From: Bdellovibrionaceae bacterium UBA1609
GTDB lineage: Bacteria > Bdellovibrionota > Bdellovibrionia > Bdellovibrionales > UBA1609
DNA length: 64,000 bases
Assembly: GCA_002321895.1 (NCBI GenBank)
Contig: DCMZ01000017.1
Location: 130,220 to 194,219, forward strand
Direction of reading: 5' to 3'
Shown: in pieces, positions 18,942-27,701 of the stretch
Layout of the letters: each line of letters opens with the position of its first letter
Numbering within the stretch: the first letter of the stretch is position 1
Translations under genes and position numbers: made by a program
The notes under the pieces: model-generated
Told to the model about the DNA's origin: nothing
Databases searched by the model: none
The model's input: the letters and a program-made list of their open reading frames with translations, nothing else

Positions 18942-19892
18942 CTAAGCTGAGATTTTTCTCAGCTGTTCTTTTTTCTTTCGCAACTCAATCTTATCTTTTG
19001 CTAACTGCTCTTCTAGGGCCTTAGATGCCAACACTTCCATTGGGTCTCTATGCTCGTCAAACTCAGGAATATCTTCAGGTAATTTATTGTCTGTACTTCT
19101 GTTCCACAACACATCTAGAGAATTCTCAAATTTATCAACAATGGAAACAAATAGTTTTTCCGGACTGGTGGTCGTATTAACTACAGTCATCACCACAGAC
19201 AAAACTATACCTAAAATCGAAGAACTCATTGAAAAGGAAATCTTCACTAAGAATTTATCCATAATCAATTTCGCGCCTTCTGGATCCGCTAGATCCATGG
19301 TCCCCAATTCAGGCAAAGCTGCCATAATTCCCAAGAAGGTACCAAAGATACCACTAATAATAAAAATACCTGGTAAAATGTTTAATACATCATTAAACAA
19401 TGAAGCCGGCATAACCCCGAACACTTTCGAAAAACTTGCATTATTTGAAAAAACATTTTTAGAGATATCTTTTAACTTTGGAATATTACTTGTGTACTTC
19501 AAATACTTGATTTGTTTTAAAGTATCTCTTACTAAAATGGCACAACCATGTTGAATGAGGAACACCCTATCACTCATGGACATTATGAAGTCGCTATTTC
19601 TTCTTTTGTGCAACGATCTCTTAATAAACAATTCATAATAGGTTTTCTCTAGAATATGCTTAGTAAGAACAAAGAACGACATATCCCCTCTGTCATCACT
19701 TTCATCCATATACTCATGAACTCTTCGTTCGAATTCTTTTGCAAACCAATGTTCTCTTTTCACTGTGAAGAAAATCAGTCCTCTAAGAACCACTCCCGCA
19801 ATGAATAGAAAACCCATAGTTGGCATCAACATATCTGTTGAGAACTTCACTAAAAAGTTGACTAATCCTTCGACCATCTCTTGGGTTATCAT
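18942..19892 (-). CDS. MotA/TolQ/ExbB-family proton-channel-like protein (3 TM)
   Basis: TM1 MPTMGFLFIAGVVLRGLIFF, then a long cytoplasmic loop, then TM2/3 carrying the family-like motif LPGIFIISGIFGTFLGIMAAL ... SSSILGIVLSVVMTVV. The C-terminal tail is charged. Confidence 0.6.
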   Translation of the reverse strand: MITQEMVEGLVNFLVKFSTDMLMPTMGFLFIAGVVLRGLIFFTVKREHWFAKEFERRVHEYMDESDDRGDMSFFVLTKHILEKTYYELFIKRSLHKRRNSDFIMSMSDRVFLIQHGCAILVRDTLKQIKYLKYTSNIPKLKDISKNVFSNNASFSKVFGVMPASLFNDVLNILPGIFIISGIFGTFLGIMAALPELGTMDLADPEGAKLIMDKFLVKISFSMSSSILGIVLSVVMTVVNTTTSPEKLFVSIVDKFENSLDVLWNRSTDNKLPEDIPEFDEHRDPMEVLASKALEEQLAKDKIELRKKKEQLRKISA

Positions 19893-19902
19893 ATCTCGTT
19901 CC

Positions 19903-21609
19903 TTAGTTTTTAAGGTTAAATTTAATAATCACTCTTTGATACTTCTTACAGTCCGTTGCCTTACAGAAATCCGATGCTGACATTGTTGAGGCTGTTCGCC
20001 TGTCCGTTTTTATCTCATTTGCCACATCAAGATATCCTCGACCCGTAACTTTAATAATTTTTCTAAGCCGTCTTTGCTCAGAAAAAGTCATTTTTCGTGT
20101 ATCAAAAATATGATCAAATATGGCTTTTGCCCGTCTATAACTCAAATCAAGGTTGTAGCTCGTCGCTTTTTGTTCAGCAGGATCTAGACTATCCGGATCC
20201 ACAAACTTACCTCTGTAAGTAGGTGAGGCAAATCCTACGATTTCAACATTGGCGATGTTCTTCGCAATCTTTTTTCTCTTGAATAGACTCTGAGCGTATA
20301 CTGGGACGGACTTATCAAGAATCTTCTGCATATTATTTTTAAGATCCGCTTTACCCGTGTCAAAGTATTCGTCTCCAAATTCGAGAATAACTTCACCGGT
20401 CTTACCATCAATTTTGGCCTTGATTCCGGCCTTTTTAAAATTCTTCTTAATATCCGAGATCAACTTCTTACGTGCATCTGCTTTTGCTCGCTCCTTCGCC
20501 AGCTTAGCTTTAAACTCTTTCGTTAAGTTGGATATCTTAGACTCTTTAGAAGCCACTTCATCTTTTGTCTGCTTAAGTGCCGCTTGCAGCTGAGCCTTTC
20601 TAGCAGCTTCAGCCTGCAACTTTGAACTTAGCTTTGAGGATTTTGAGGACTCTGCCTTCAACTGTTCTTGAAGTTCGGATTTCCGTTGAGCTTCAGCCTG
20701 AAGTTCGTTCTCTACCTCTTGAGCTCTCTGCTTCTCTCTCTGGAGTTTTGCTTGGAGCCTCTGCCTTCTTTGAGCCTGAGTTTCTATTTCCTTGTTCGCC
20801 TTTTTCAACAGATTCTCTGCCGACGTTAACTCTAGCTCAATTCTATTCATCTGTTTTTCAACAGTTTTGTTTTGATCCTTTAAGGCATTAATTCGCTCTT
20901 GTGACTTTACCTTCAACTCAGCTACCCGCCGACGCATTTTAGCCTTTGAAAGCTTAGCTTCTCTACGCTCATTCTGAAGCTCCATAATGCTCGCTTGCAA
21001 ATCCATATTGATGGCTTGAATCTTTTCATTGTTCTCAATGATTTGATTCTCTTTTTGGTTTATATCTTGATTCAAGTCTTTTATCTGCTCACGCTTCTCC
21101 GCTATGATTTTCTGTTTCTGCTGAATGGTGATATCTTTTTTCTTGATGACCGTATCACGCTTTTTTATTCTGGCCGATGCAACCATATTTGAATTAATGA
21201 TGTTTTTAATCATCTTTTGATACTTATTAAGAGCAGCTTTCTTTTTCTGGTTCTCAGAAGCTTGCTTCATCAAGTCTTCACTTTCCTGTTGAGCCTCCTC
21301 TTGTAGCAAACTCAACTTACCCATCAATTCATTATAACTTTCTTGCTCGTCCTGACTGGCACCCTTCTGCAAGTAGTCCTCTTTAAGAGTTTCGTAAACT
21401 TTGTTTTGCTGACGAAGCTCCGTTACCTCTTTAACCAGCTCTTGATATTCAATGTTGTTTTGCAAGCTGTTGGTTCCACCACGTAAACTTGTAGTTACAT
21501 AAAGTAAAAGAAATACAACGGACAAAACCATAAACAAATCACTATAAGAAGCCCATTGATTGCCTCCCTCTTCGTGCTTTGCTCTTAACTTGTCGTAATC
21601 AAAACCCAT
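19903..21609 (-). CDS. MotB/OmpA-like protein with ~350-aa coiled-coil insert between TM helix and peptidoglycan-binding domain
   Basis: N-terminus NQWASYSDLFMVLSVVFLLLYV (MotB-type TM with Asp). Residues ~50-400 are coiled coil. The C-terminus is OmpA-like: VEIVGFASPTYRG...NLDLSYRRAKAIFDHIF. Confidence 0.7.
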   Translation of the reverse strand: MGFDYDKLRAKHEEGGNQWASYSDLFMVLSVVFLLLYVTTSLRGGTNSLQNNIEYQELVKEVTELRQQNKVYETLKEDYLQKGASQDEQESYNELMGKLSLLQEEAQQESEDLMKQASENQKKKAALNKYQKMIKNIINSNMVASARIKKRDTVIKKKDITIQQKQKIIAEKREQIKDLNQDINQKENQIIENNEKIQAINMDLQASIMELQNERREAKLSKAKMRRRVAELKVKSQERINALKDQNKTVEKQMNRIELELTSAENLLKKANKEIETQAQRRQRLQAKLQREKQRAQEVENELQAEAQRKSELQEQLKAESSKSSKLSSKLQAEAARKAQLQAALKQTKDEVASKESKISNLTKEFKAKLAKERAKADARKKLISDIKKNFKKAGIKAKIDGKTGEVILEFGDEYFDTGKADLKNNMQKILDKSVPVYAQSLFKRKKIAKNIANVEIVGFASPTYRGKFVDPDSLDPAEQKATSYNLDLSYRRAKAIFDHIFDTRKMTFSEQRRLRKIIKVTGRGYLDVANEIKTDRRTASTMSASDFCKATDCKKYQRVIIKFNLKN

Positions 21610-21636
21610 GGATACACCTATACCTTGTCATAAACC

Positions 21637-21663
21637 TTATCGGATCAAGAATTAGTTAAATTA
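21637..21663 (-). promoter_or_regulatory. sigma-28 (FliA)-like promoter upstream of the motB-like operon
   Basis: The minus strand reads TAAT-N15-tCCGATAA (consensus TAAA-N15-GCCGATAA). The -10 element ends 27 nt before the ATG at 21609, and AGGTG lies 7 nt upstream of the ATG. Confidence 0.3.
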
Positions 21664-21803
21664 ATAATTCCTGAAACATTTCCTGTATTTGTTTCGACAT
21701 ACGTCTGTTACCTCGAATCGAAATTCTCAAAATGAGACAGACTTTTGTAGGGCCAGCCATTTCTTTCGATAGAAAGTGCTGTTCAAGCTCAATAGAACTC
21801 CTC

Positions 21804-23870
21804 TTAGGAGACCTTTTTCTTGCTGTAATCCATCTTCCTCTTCTTTTTTCCAAGAGCAAAACTCAGCAGCCCACCTTTTTTATAGAACTTGTCACCTGAT
21901 TCTACAGTAAGATCTCCAGAGCCAAGTATTAAACCCCGAACCTTTTCCATAATTGATTCTAGCTTTTGAGCCTCTTCGTTCATTGATTTGGCTAGAGAAT
22001 CAGAATCATGTGCCAATGAAAGGTTCTTATGAGTCAAATCGTCGATATTTCGCATAGCTTCGTTGACTTTCTTAATGCCTGCTTCTTGTTCTGCAGTGGC
22101 ACCAAGTATATCTCGCACCTTTTGAGTCATCGAAGTTAGGTCTTGAGCAATTTCACTAAATTTTTCAGTAGCTTCATTTGCAACCCGATCACCCTGAGAA
22201 ATCTTTTCACCGATTTCACCCACCACATTGAGAACCTGTGTCTGTGACTCTTTAATAAGTGAATCAATATCCTTTGCAGCTTCTCCTGAAAGTTGAGCCA
22301 AATTACCAACTTCCTCCGCAACTACTGCAAAGCCCTTACCATGCACCCCTGCTCTCGCGGCCTCTATCGAAGCATTGAAGGCCAACAATTTAGTATTGAA
22401 AACAATTTCATTGATCACGTTTGTTTTTTCAGAAATCGTCTGGATGATCTTCGCCATCGATTCAAGATCTTTATTTGAATTCTGGATAAAACCCATAGAG
22501 GCCTGCATTTGATTCATAATATGAGATCCATCTTTTGACTTTTGATTGACACCATCTGCGGACTGTAAGGATTCTTCTACATACTTATTTGTATTTGAGA
22601 GCATAGACATCATTTGATCTAGAGCCGCCATAGTCTCTTGAACAGCCTCTTGCTGCTGCCGTGCTGCATCTGAAAGTTCTGAGCTCACATTGTTCAAGTT
22701 TCCACTTGTCGATATTGAAGAAGCTGATCTTTGCTTTAAATTATTGGTTTCAAACACCAACTTGTCTGATTCCAAAGAAGTGATTTTCCAAGAAAGTAGT
22801 AAAAACCCACAACAGATAAGTACCACTAAGCCATAGAATACATTTGTTTGGCTTGTTAATGAACCCGTCAACTCAGACTCTTCAATTTTAATTATTGTTG
22901 CCCAACCTAATTCAGAATGGGTGTCGGATTCCAGACTTGTATAGCCAACGTAAGCTCTATGTTTTCCCTGAAAAGAATTTGATGAAAGTAAATACCCTGA
23001 ATGACTATTCAGCGCTTCTGTAACTCCAGCCATCTTTTCACGACTCAGATTTCGCGAACCAAGTTCGTTTCGATCATATCCTACATCCATGGAACCTTTA
23101 CCGTAGGGTTCGTAAGAAAATATCAAATTTCCACTTTTTGACACCAGGTAGAACTCGGCCTTATCCACCCCTTTAGTCTTTAAAGATTCATAAAGATTTT
23201 GATAAGAACTGGCTACCCAACTAAAATTTGTTCTTAGTGTGAGAACTCCAATCGTATTTCCTGATGAATCTTTTACACTTGTAGAAAAACTCAACCCATA
23301 AACACTCTTACCCAATGCCTTAGCGGATATAGGATCAAATTGTGCGTTCTCTAAATAGGTGCCTGATCTGTTCAACTCTAAATCATTTGAATATTTTCCT
23401 GATAGACTACTTGTAAACCAGGGCATGGATGAATAATTGATAGACATCAAAACCGCTTTATTCACATTCTCGTTTTTGGAATTTCTGGAGTTGGAAGCTA
23501 CATACTCTCCATTTGCCGAAACGTATAGCAGCAAGTCGTAGGCACTATCAGAGGAGACATATTTATCTAAAGCCTTCTGGATACCTTCCACATCCCCAGT
23601 CTCATAAACTCTATTTTGAGCAAAGTTCTGAACACCCCAATAGTGTTTCTCAAATTTCTGTCCAATGTGACTAGAAATGCTAATAGCATGACCTTGGACA
23701 CTGGAACCGGCAGTCCCCTTCTGTTCGCTGTAGAGGAAGTAGACTTGAATCACTGCTACTACAGTGAACACTGTAAGCATTGAACCTACCATAAGTAGAA
23801 TTTTTGCTTTTAGCGAAGATAATTTGTATTTGTCTAACCAACGATTTACCAGAGCCATTAACTCCTCCAT
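21804..23870 (-). CDS. methyl-accepting chemotaxis protein with periplasmic Cache-like sensor
   Basis: Two TM helices flank a ~300-aa periplasmic domain. Highly conserved signalling hairpin: KLLAFNASIEAARAGVHGKGFAVVAEEVGNLA. Confidence 0.9.
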   Translation of the reverse strand: MEELMALVNRWLDKYKLSSLKAKILLMVGSMLTVFTVVAVIQVYFLYSEQKGTAGSSVQGHAISISSHIGQKFEKHYWGVQNFAQNRVYETGDVEGIQKALDKYVSSDSAYDLLLYVSANGEYVASNSRNSKNENVNKAVLMSINYSSMPWFTSSLSGKYSNDLELNRSGTYLENAQFDPISAKALGKSVYGLSFSTSVKDSSGNTIGVLTLRTNFSWVASSYQNLYESLKTKGVDKAEFYLVSKSGNLIFSYEPYGKGSMDVGYDRNELGSRNLSREKMAGVTEALNSHSGYLLSSNSFQGKHRAYVGYTSLESDTHSELGWATIIKIEESELTGSLTSQTNVFYGLVVLICCGFLLLSWKITSLESDKLVFETNNLKQRSASSISTSGNLNNVSSELSDAARQQQEAVQETMAALDQMMSMLSNTNKYVEESLQSADGVNQKSKDGSHIMNQMQASMGFIQNSNKDLESMAKIIQTISEKTNVINEIVFNTKLLAFNASIEAARAGVHGKGFAVVAEEVGNLAQLSGEAAKDIDSLIKESQTQVLNVVGEIGEKISQGDRVANEATEKFSEIAQDLTSMTQKVRDILGATAEQEAGIKKVNEAMRNIDDLTHKNLSLAHDSDSLAKSMNEEAQKLESIMEKVRGLILGSGDLTVESGDKFYKKGGLLSFALGKKKRKMDYSKKKVS

Positions 23871-23971
23871 ATTTCACATTTCGGAATTAAAATTGGCAAG
23901 TTAACCGCAGCTAGAGAAGTACTGGGAGAATCGGGGTATTCTGGACCTTCGGTTGTAGGGGTAGGCAGACT

Positions 23972-24652
23972 TCAGTCTAGCGTTATTAACTGCAACTCCT
24001 TCAATTGCAACTTAAACTTTGAACCGGTGTCATCCCCATCTATGGAAACCCAAAGGGCTACTACGTCCATACTTTCCTCTAATTTATGATGAAGTTGAAA
24101 CTCACCGGCCTCATTGATAACCCAAACATTATGCTCTTTGAGTAATTCTTCGTTCAAAGGATGATCTCTCTTCCTACCTTTCAACTCAGCGGATTGTACG
24201 GCCGCTAAAAAGTGAATATGCTTCACTCCCCCGCCTTTTGGCGCTAAGGAAAACAGTCGTGTAATCCATTCCGGAGCAATCTTCTTTTGTAGCCAACCTA
24301 ATGTCTGATTTCCATCTATTACTAAACCTATTTTTAAAGAGAAATCATCAAATCCCTTTTCTCCTTGCTTTAATGGGTCCTTTAAATCAACTAAATGACT
24401 TAATGAACCTTTAAGACTCAAAGACTTGATTTTAGACTTTTTGGAAAGAGGATATATCAATGGCATGGCTGATTTATCAACACTCACCTCCATGCCTTCT
24501 TTGCCAAACGTCACTTCATGCTTAGGAAGAGAACTAAAGGACAGCGTCTGCCAAGAACCTTTTTGATCAAGTGGAATGACAATGAGCCCAAGCATTAAAT
24601 TCAACGATAGTTTTCTTAATTTACAAAATGCATCCATATCATCCTCACACAT
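23972..24652 (-). CDS. hypothetical exported protein
   Basis: 226-aa ORF with a hydrophobic N-terminus (LSLNLMLGLIVIPL). It overlaps the 3' end of the TauE gene, so the start is uncertain (24637 or 24595 are alternatives). Confidence 0.4.
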   Translation of the reverse strand: MCEDDMDAFCKLRKLSLNLMLGLIVIPLDQKGSWQTLSFSSLPKHEVTFGKEGMEVSVDKSAMPLIYPLSKKSKIKSLSLKGSLSHLVDLKDPLKQGEKGFDDFSLKIGLVIDGNQTLGWLQKKIAPEWITRLFSLAPKGGGVKHIHFLAAVQSAELKGRKRDHPLNEELLKEHNVWVINEAGEFQLHHKLEESMDVVALWVSIDGDDTGSKFKLQLKELQLITLD

Positions 24653-25347
24653 AGTGTTGTTATTACTACCTTATAAACAGCTATAAATGTTTTCTCATTT
24701 ACTCTCTGTAAAATCCGTTTCCCAATATATGTTCCCAAAATCACGGCACCAGCCATCAAGAGAACTATCAGTCCATATTGAGTGAATGAAAAACCCAGAA
24801 AAAAGAACGCAACAACTTTCGACAAGTGTCCGGTGAGCTGGGCAAAGGCTTTAGTTGAAATCACCTGAAAGCGATCTAAATTTTCATTGAGGAAAAAAGG
24901 CGCTAAAAAAGGACCCGTGGCACCCAACAGCATCGATAAAATACCACTAGTAAAGCCCACCAAGTAAAACTTTGCTACAACCTTAAAACCCTTTTTAAAC
25001 TTAGGCTTCCAAGTCATTGCTAAAATAAATCCAGCTAACACTAACTTAAACTCAGAGGTCGACTGAAAAGTGGTAGTGAATTGTGCGGCCACAATGGACC
25101 CCAATACAATTCCCACCAACATGGGAACCCCAATGGACCACTTTACATGTTTGAAATGCAAAAAAACTCGAGTTCCATTACTCATAAGTTGAACGGAACC
25201 ATGCAATGGAACGAGAGCACTGGCCGGGACAAATAGCTCCATTACCGCGAGAAGAGTAATTCCTCCTCCCATTCCGATCACCCCAGAAAGGATAGAAGTT
25301 AATAGGGCGCTAAATACTAGAACAATTGATTGCATATCCATTAGCAA
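24616..25347 (-). CDS. TauE/SafE-family anion (sulfite-type) exporter
   Basis: 243 aa, 7-8 TM, with the motif GVIGMGGGITLLAVM and an internal repeat (GATGPFLAPFF). Confidence 0.75.
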   Translation of the reverse strand: MLMDMQSIVLVFSALLTSILSGVIGMGGGITLLAVMELFVPASALVPLHGSVQLMSNGTRVFLHFKHVKWSIGVPMLVGIVLGSIVAAQFTTTFQSTSEFKLVLAGFILAMTWKPKFKKGFKVVAKFYLVGFTSGILSMLLGATGPFLAPFFLNENLDRFQVISTKAFAQLTGHLSKVVAFFFLGFSFTQYGLIVLLMAGAVILGTYIGKRILQRVNEKTFIAVYKVVITTLCVRMIWMHFVN

Positions 25348-25364
25348 TTCACTAGCCTCACTTT

Positions 25365-26072
25365 ATGCTAAATAAAATACCAAATATTTTTCATAAATCT
25401 GGTGGTTTATTTTACCATTACATTGCTTTAAAATACAAAAAATCCCTATGGGAAAGCCTTCGAGTTATTTTTAACTTAGAGCTTCAAAAAAGAAAAATGT
25501 CTAATGTAGTTCTCATAGGTCCGAGCGCGGGTTACCTATTAGATCCTTCCAATATCCACTCTTTTAAAAAGGTCCATTGCTGGGAACCCGATCCCAGTGC
25601 TCACCCATTCCTCAAAAGGAAGCTCAAACAGCATGCAAATTTTCATATTCACAAAGAGAGTGTTCCTTTTCACGAGCCAGAATTATTCAGACACACATTG
25701 AGGAATTTCGAATTATCGCCCAATGAGACGTTACTTGTGTTCTGCAATATTCTCGGGCAATGGGATTGGAACGGTGGCCCCATCGCCGAAAAATCTATCC
25801 AGTTTATGACGACTCTTGATGCCTACAATCAGCTGAGTGTCCATGAGGAATACTCCACAGATATCAATCCTAAACAACGCAGCACGAAAGATTCACTGCC
25901 AGCCAGTTTCGATCAATTGAAGAATCTGTCTCGGTCTGGAATAATTCAAGACCACAATACAGTGGATCTTTTTTCTCCTGAAGAGAAATCAGAACCCTTT
26001 TGGTGGACCATAACTCCACGTCAACTTCACTTGATGGTCTGCGGATTTAAAAAAGGAACTTATAATGAATAG
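25365..26072 (+). CDS. hypothetical protein
   Basis: 235-aa ORF. Its stop overlaps the MscS-like start by 8 nt. No motif recognised. Confidence 0.4.
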   Translation: MLNKIPNIFHKSGGLFYHYIALKYKKSLWESLRVIFNLELQKRKMSNVVLIGPSAGYLLDPSNIHSFKKVHCWEPDPSAHPFLKRKLKQHANFHIHKESVPFHEPELFRHTLRNFELSPNETLLVFCNILGQWDWNGGPIAEKSIQFMTTLDAYNQLSVHEEYSTDINPKQRSTKDSLPASFDQLKNLSRSGIIQDHNTVDLFSPEEKSEPFWWTITPRQLHLMVCGFKKGTYNE

Positions 26073-27669
26073 AATGCTCCTCTTACTCTCTACCCTATTA
26101 TTTGTAATTACCGGGCATACCAGCCCATTAAAGCCCCTCAAATTGGACTCACCGAGAGATACATTGAGGTCGTTTTACTCGGCCATGCAGGACTATAAGA
26201 CCGGATTAGAAACAGGAGATGATAAACTCCTCTACAGAATTGAAGATGCGGTCAGATGCCTGGATTTATCTAATGCTAACCCAGTGATCAAAACTGAAGT
26301 TGGCCGTGAAACAGCTATTTTTCTAAAAGAGGTGATCGATCGTATCATAGTTCTCGATTATGAGCTGGTTCCCGATTCCAGTGAGATTTCAAGATGGCGT
26401 TTAAAAGATACTGAGATCACTATTTATAAAATCAGCGACCCCACCTCGGAACAAAATGGAGAGTTTCTTTTTACTCCTGGCACAGTCAGCCGAGCCGCTC
26501 GAGATTATAGAACAGTCAAGTCACTGCCTTACCTTGAAGGAAGTGGAAAAGGTGCCGGGTTTAACGATCCATTATTTGAAGAAATGGTACCCCTCTGGGC
26601 GAAAGAAAAGAATCTTGGATTATCCAACTGGCAATGGATAGGGCTACTACTGGTCATCATCGGCGGCCTGATTGTAAAAATTGTTGCCGAGTTTGGCGTG
26701 ATCATCTTAATGAAACTGACCGTCCATCGTAAAAACAGCATTCGCCACCAACTACTGCAAGCCTTAGAAAAACCCATTGGATTGGTATTCGCCACAGCAC
26801 TTTGGTTCGTATCGATTTATTTTTTAAAATTGGATGGTGTTCCATTAGCCGTCACCAATGTGGTTGTAAAAATCGTGTTTAGCGTGTCCGTAATTTGGGC
26901 CTGCTTCAATCTCGCAAACGTACTTACAAAGTTTTTAGAGCGGGTCACAGAAAAGACAGCCAGCGAAATGGACGATCAACTCGTACCACTCATTTCAAAA
27001 GCACTCCGAGTTTTTATTGTTGTTTTTGGTATTCTAATGACTATCCAAAGTCTTGGATTCAATATTATGTCCATCATGGCGGGTTTGGGATTAGGCGGAC
27101 TCGCCTTTGCTCTTGCTGCCAAAGACACCGCTGCCAATCTTTTTGGATCCATTATGATTCTGATTGATCGCCCCTTTAAGGTGGGTGATTGGGTTCGCGC
27201 ATCTAGCTCCGAAGGAACTGTTGAAGAAATAGGATTTCGATCGACTAGAATTAGAACCTTCTACAACTCCTTAGTTTCGGTGCCTAATATGGAAATGGCC
27301 ACCACCACCATTGATAATATGGGAGCTCGCAAGTTTAGACGAGAAAATATCACACTTGGCGTTACCTACGACACCAGAACCGATCAAATTGAGGCTTTTA
27401 TGGAAGGTATCAAGAAAATCATCCTTGATAACCCATATACAAACAAAGAGAACTTTCATGTGGCTTTTCGTGGATTCGGGGACTCTAGTTTAAATATTAT
27501 GGTCTACTATTTTGTCGAGGTGAAAGATTGGAGTGATGAGCTAAAGGCCAAACAAGATATCAATCTTAAGGTTTTACAGCTGGCTGAATCGTTAGATGTC
27601 AGTTTTGCATTTCCTTCACAAAGTGTGTATTTAGAGAAAATGCCTACCAACAATGAAGCCGTTCAATAA
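26065..27669 (+). CDS. MscS-family mechanosensitive channel with N-terminal periplasmic domain
   Basis: Signal peptide, several TM helices, and the MscS core AAKDTAANLFGSIMILIDRPFKVGDWV...GTVEEIGFRSTRIRTF. Confidence 0.85.
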   Translation: MNRMLLLLSTLLFVITGHTSPLKPLKLDSPRDTLRSFYSAMQDYKTGLETGDDKLLYRIEDAVRCLDLSNANPVIKTEVGRETAIFLKEVIDRIIVLDYELVPDSSEISRWRLKDTEITIYKISDPTSEQNGEFLFTPGTVSRAARDYRTVKSLPYLEGSGKGAGFNDPLFEEMVPLWAKEKNLGLSNWQWIGLLLVIIGGLIVKIVAEFGVIILMKLTVHRKNSIRHQLLQALEKPIGLVFATALWFVSIYFLKLDGVPLAVTNVVVKIVFSVSVIWACFNLANVLTKFLERVTEKTASEMDDQLVPLISKALRVFIVVFGILMTIQSLGFNIMSIMAGLGLGGLAFALAAKDTAANLFGSIMILIDRPFKVGDWVRASSSEGTVEEIGFRSTRIRTFYNSLVSVPNMEMATTTIDNMGARKFRRENITLGVTYDTRTDQIEAFMEGIKKIILDNPYTNKENFHVAFRGFGDSSLNIMVYYFVEVKDWSDELKAKQDINLKVLQLAESLDVSFAFPSQSVYLEKMPTNNEAVQ

Positions 27670-27701
27670 GGTTGTTTTTACTTTGAGGTTGTAAGAAATT
27701 T

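Noticed and set aside
15110-21609. Calling the MotA/MotB-like operon a Zorya anti-phage system
   Set aside because: No ZorC/ZorD/ZorE-like nuclease or helicase genes are present. The long coiled coil is on the B-like subunit and on a separate FHA protein, not on the A subunit. A sigma-28-like promoter and an MCP lie upstream. Only an architectural analogy is retained.
21656-21859. 67-aa minus-strand ORF between the MCP and motB-like genes
   Set aside because: It overlaps the MCP 3' end, is basic and low-complexity, and covers the putative promoter region. It is probably spurious.
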